Positions 35,546 to 39,126 of a DNA stretch of 39,126 bases are shown here, piece by piece; positions within the stretch are counted from its first letter, which is position 1, and each line of letters begins with the position of its first letter. The notes below the pieces were generated by a model. The model saw nothing but the letters and a program-made list of their open reading frames with translations, did no database searches and was not told where the DNA came from. The DNA comes from Octopus bimaculoides (taxonomy: Eukaryota). A program made the translations under genes and the position numbers. The DNA lies in the NCBI RefSeq assembly GCF_001194135.2, contig NC_068994.1, positions 55,131,947-55,171,072 on the forward strand. The letters run 5' to 3'.

Positions 35546-36595
35546 TCTGCAGGACGATGATGATGATAATGATGATGATGGTAAAATAGAATTGTGTGAT
35601 GTTGTAGCTCATTTCTGTATTTTAACAATCAACTCATGTTGCTAATGTGAAATATTGGATTGCAGTGTGTCCCCTCTTCCCCACCCTCTGTGATATTTAT
35701 TTATAGTAAAATAGATTGGCTGATTTAAGTGTCCTGCTCTAGACACAGGGCGGTGCTAATTACAACATGTCATAAAACTACCCTTCAGCTGGCTCTATGC
35801 TATTCTATCCTTGCCTTGATGTCACGTGATAGTTGTAAGCGATTGTCACTATCATAAAAGCAGTGTCCTTCCTTTCCTATCTTCCATGAAAAACATGTCT
35901 GGTCATGGGGAGGTATTACCTTACTGGGAAACAGGTGAGGGTTGGTGACAGGAAAGGCATCCAACTGCAGAAAATCCTATCCAACAAACTGCATCTGACC
36001 CACGTGGGCATAGAAAAGTGGACGTTAAACAATGATCATAATGATGATGGTGATGATGATACTCCAGCAAACATATTTTAAAACCAACACCAAGCATTAG
36101 ATAAAAGAAAAAAAATTGATGTACAATATTGAGTGAACTTCTTTATTTAACACTTTTAATCTTGAAGAAGAAAATCTAATCGTCGCTGAGAGATTCCGTG
36201 TGACCTTCCGCCTGTTGGAGTGCCTCCACGAAAAGAGAAAAAGACAAAAAACAAAACCCTGTCATAAGTCCATTCATTGTATTTTGTTTTACAAAATCTT
36301 TTAAGAGTTAAATTTGATACTGAATTCAGAATATCTGTTTTTGTTGTCATACGTCGATTGTTTGTTTAAAGTCAAAACAACCGTGTAACTTCTGTTGTAT
36401 GATTCCCACCACCCGACGTCAACTTGGGACAAGTGATTCCCACAAGTTAATACATGGTCGAAAACGAATGAAGCATATTTGAAAATTTGAAACGTAGACT
36501 AAACTTTTTGACAGTCTTTGTATAGTTTGTCAGGAATAATAAAAATATTATGATCTTGAAGTAAATTGTTTTAAAATTGCTACCCTCATACCCAC

Positions 36596-36636
<41 letters not shown>

Positions 36637-37197
36637 GAGCTGATATTTATAGGTCGGATACTCCTTGCAAATTTGAGAACGTCCAACTTATTAACAGAAG
36701 GTTTGCTGTTCAATAAAGTACCTAATACTTGTTAAAATGTAAAATTCATATATTTCTGACGTTAAAAAAATTTATAAACATCAAAAGAACATCAAATAAT
36801 TATTTTTTGGAACGTAGGAACTTGAAGTAGATAAAGCTATAACTAATAGCGTGTAAATATTGTCTTAAAAGCCCTTTAGATACAAAAACTCGAAGGTCTG
36901 TGATGTTTACAAAAGATGTGGTTTCAAGTTCAAGCGCAGCTTTCGACTTTTTATAGCTAAAGGAATTTTTAAACTCAATATTTACATGTTATTATTTATA
37001 GCTTATCTAAATCAAGCTCCAACGTTCCAAAAAAAAAAAAAGAAGCAAAAACTTAAATTTTTATCGACAAAAACAAAAGAAAGTACGAAAACAAAGTACT
37101 AACTCTTAATGGCGCTACGTATTTCGTTTTAGAAGTTCGTTTCTAATTTTACATTCAACTGTATTGATGTTTTTTTTTTTCGCTGTCTGTTTATAAA

Positions 37198-37290
37198 ATG
37201 AACAACAAGAATAAGACAGTGTTTGTCACGGTTGGAACGACGCAGTTCGACCAACTCGTACTGAAAGTCGCCACAGAAGAAATATGCCAG
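37198..37290 (+). CDS. ALG13: ALG13 (UDP-GlcNAc transferase catalytic subunit), first coding exon; the remainder is not found in this window
   Basis: ATG at 37198 in AAAATG context translates to MNNKNKTVFVTVGTTQFDQLVLKVATEEICQ and is followed by a canonical CAG|GTGAGT donor at phase 0. VFVTVGTT.FD.L is the ALG13/GT28-C N-terminal signature, and as I recall the human ALG13 first exon also ends at the equivalent Q. Confidence 0.9.
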
Positions 37291-38812
37291 GTGAGTTTGT
37301 TTTGTTTCCACATGTGACAATTACAGGTTTTTAATTTTATTAATTATAAAATATCGGGTTTCTTTAAAACCTGAAGATTAAAGATTTATTTAAAAGGTTC
37401 TCCATGGAACAGATTTGATTATTGTGTTTGACATTGACGGATTTTGCTTCATGTTATTATATATATCAGAACTACCACTACTGGGATTCGTAACCCAGGT
37501 AGCACGATTCACTTCGCCGAGTGTTTGTTTACTTGTTTAGGTCTCGGTCAGCCTTAATTGAAATAGACTTACGATCAAAAACATTCCAACCGTGGACATC
37601 CCATCTTTTTATCCGGATATAATATATGTAACTTAGATATGTTACCCATTTAAAGATGATAGGTAGTGACATGTAGTTTGGGCTGCTATTTTTAGCAGCT
37701 CGTGCGACCACGTAGACGTTCCTTTCGTTTAACCCCAGGCTAACCCTTATCGCGCCGATGATGTTCAAAAACTCTCGTAGACGTTCCGTCCACGACCATT
37801 CCGTTTCTTTATATAGTGCTACATTATCCAATTAGTCCGTCTTAATTTATTATTTTTGATGAAAACAGCCGGTTTGAGAGAGATTTGTCCTCTTTGGCCC
37901 CGAATGATGGCGCCTGGCTAAATGGTTAGAATATTCGGCTGGCCGTAAACAAGACGCTTTATTTCACGTCACTGCTGTACACTCAGCTGGCAAAAATAAG
38001 TTGTATCTGTAATTCAAAAGGCCAGTCTTGGTCACATTCTCTGTCACGCTGAATCTCCTCGAAAACTACGTAAGGGTGCTCGTGTCTATGGAGAACTCAG
38101 CCACTTGCATATTAATTTCACGAGCAGGCTGTTCTGGCGATCTGATCACCTGGAACCCTCATCGCCGTAACCGACGGAGTATCAGCCTAGTTTTGGCACC
38201 GAGTGTTTGCTTGTCGTTTAGACCTAATATAACAAACCCGTGATCAAAGTCGTTAGAAACCGTGATCCCATGTCTTTCTATTGGATAAATAGTCCGACGT
38301 TAACTGTGTCTTTTTCCGTACAAAGATTTACAAACAACCATGTCCATAAATCGTTTTTCTTCATTAACTTCCTGGATTTCAGTTTGGCACAGAACATGTC
38401 TCTTTGTCTCTTTGAGCTCACTTCATACGTCCAGGTGTTTCCATTTCTCAGAATCAGTGGTTCTGAACCATTTCCCGCATATGAATCACTTTGATATAGA
38501 TGGAGATGATACACCTAATAGATATGTCCTACAACATTTCAGTTTGATCCTCACCTCCCCTAAAATTGAAGTTCAAATATGAGTTAATATGCAGTTTAGG
38601 GGTTTAAAAACAAATGAAATAATATTGACTGGATGTGACGACAAATACTTAAATGTGCAAATTATATTGGTTGTCGCAATATATACTTATTGGTATGTAT
38701 CTATATACATGTGTGTATATATATATATATATATATATGTACATTCTATACACAGACATATACGTACACATACACACATGCATATGTACGTACATACATA
38801 TATATGTATTTA

Positions 38813-39126
38813 TCATCATCGTTTAACGTCCGCTTTCCATGCTAGCATGGGTTGGACGATTTGACTGAGGACTGGTGAAACCGGATGGCAACACCAGGCT
38901 CCAGTCTGATTTGGCAGAGTTTCTACAGCTGGATGCCCTTCCTAACGCCAACCACTCAGAGAGTGTAGTGGGTGCTTTTACGTGTCACCCGCACGAAAAC
39001 GGCCACGCTCGAAATGGTGTCTTTTATGTGCCACCCGCACAAGCCAGTCCAGGGGCACTGGCAACGATCTCGCTCGAAAATCCTACAGGAGCCAGTCAGG
39101 CGGTACTGGCAACGGCCACGCTCAAA
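38813..39126 (-). mobile_element. Retroposon family C with (ATG)n 3' tail, young copy, continues past the window end
   Basis: CATCATCGTTTAACGTCCGCTTTCCATGCTAGCATGGGTTGGACG...CTGGATGCCCTTCCTAACGCCAACCACTC; CpGs intact; 147 bp identical to 24789-24935. Confidence 0.85.

Noticed and set aside
38496-38512. GDD motif (HFDIDGDDT) in plus-strand ORF 38340-38582 as a polymerase active site
   Set aside because: It is an isolated tripeptide with no upstream polymerase motifs A/B and lacks the usual hydrophobic context.
37291-39126. ALG13 exon 2 (LGY..L..QIG.G)
   Set aside because: No acceptor plus matching frame was found; it probably lies beyond the window end.

Overview
AT-rich, microsatellite-dense eukaryotic scaffold with three N-gaps (29262-29462, 33179-33934, 34312-34321). 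The repeat families and composition resemble an octopus/coleoid cephalopod genome (inference from pattern recognition, not a database hit). Most of the window is tRNA-derived SINE copies, decayed RTE-clade LINE fragments and simple repeats, and nearly all ORFs in the supplied track are microsatellite or repeat artefacts. Two coding segments are supportable, and neither is in the ORF track: the first coding exon of ALG13 (37198-37290, +) and a SAP-domain ORF running off the left edge (249 to <1, -), probably transposon-encoded. The most unusual structure is a ~310-bp fold-back (16175-16481) formed by two head-to-head copies of an element that joins a tRNA-like head to a minimal Penelope-type hammerhead ribozyme. 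Also notable are a patchwork of three locally templated segments at 31545-31808, several inverted SINE pairs, candidate orphan exons including an 11-nt microexon, and an unexplained CpG-rich block in ALG13 intron 1.
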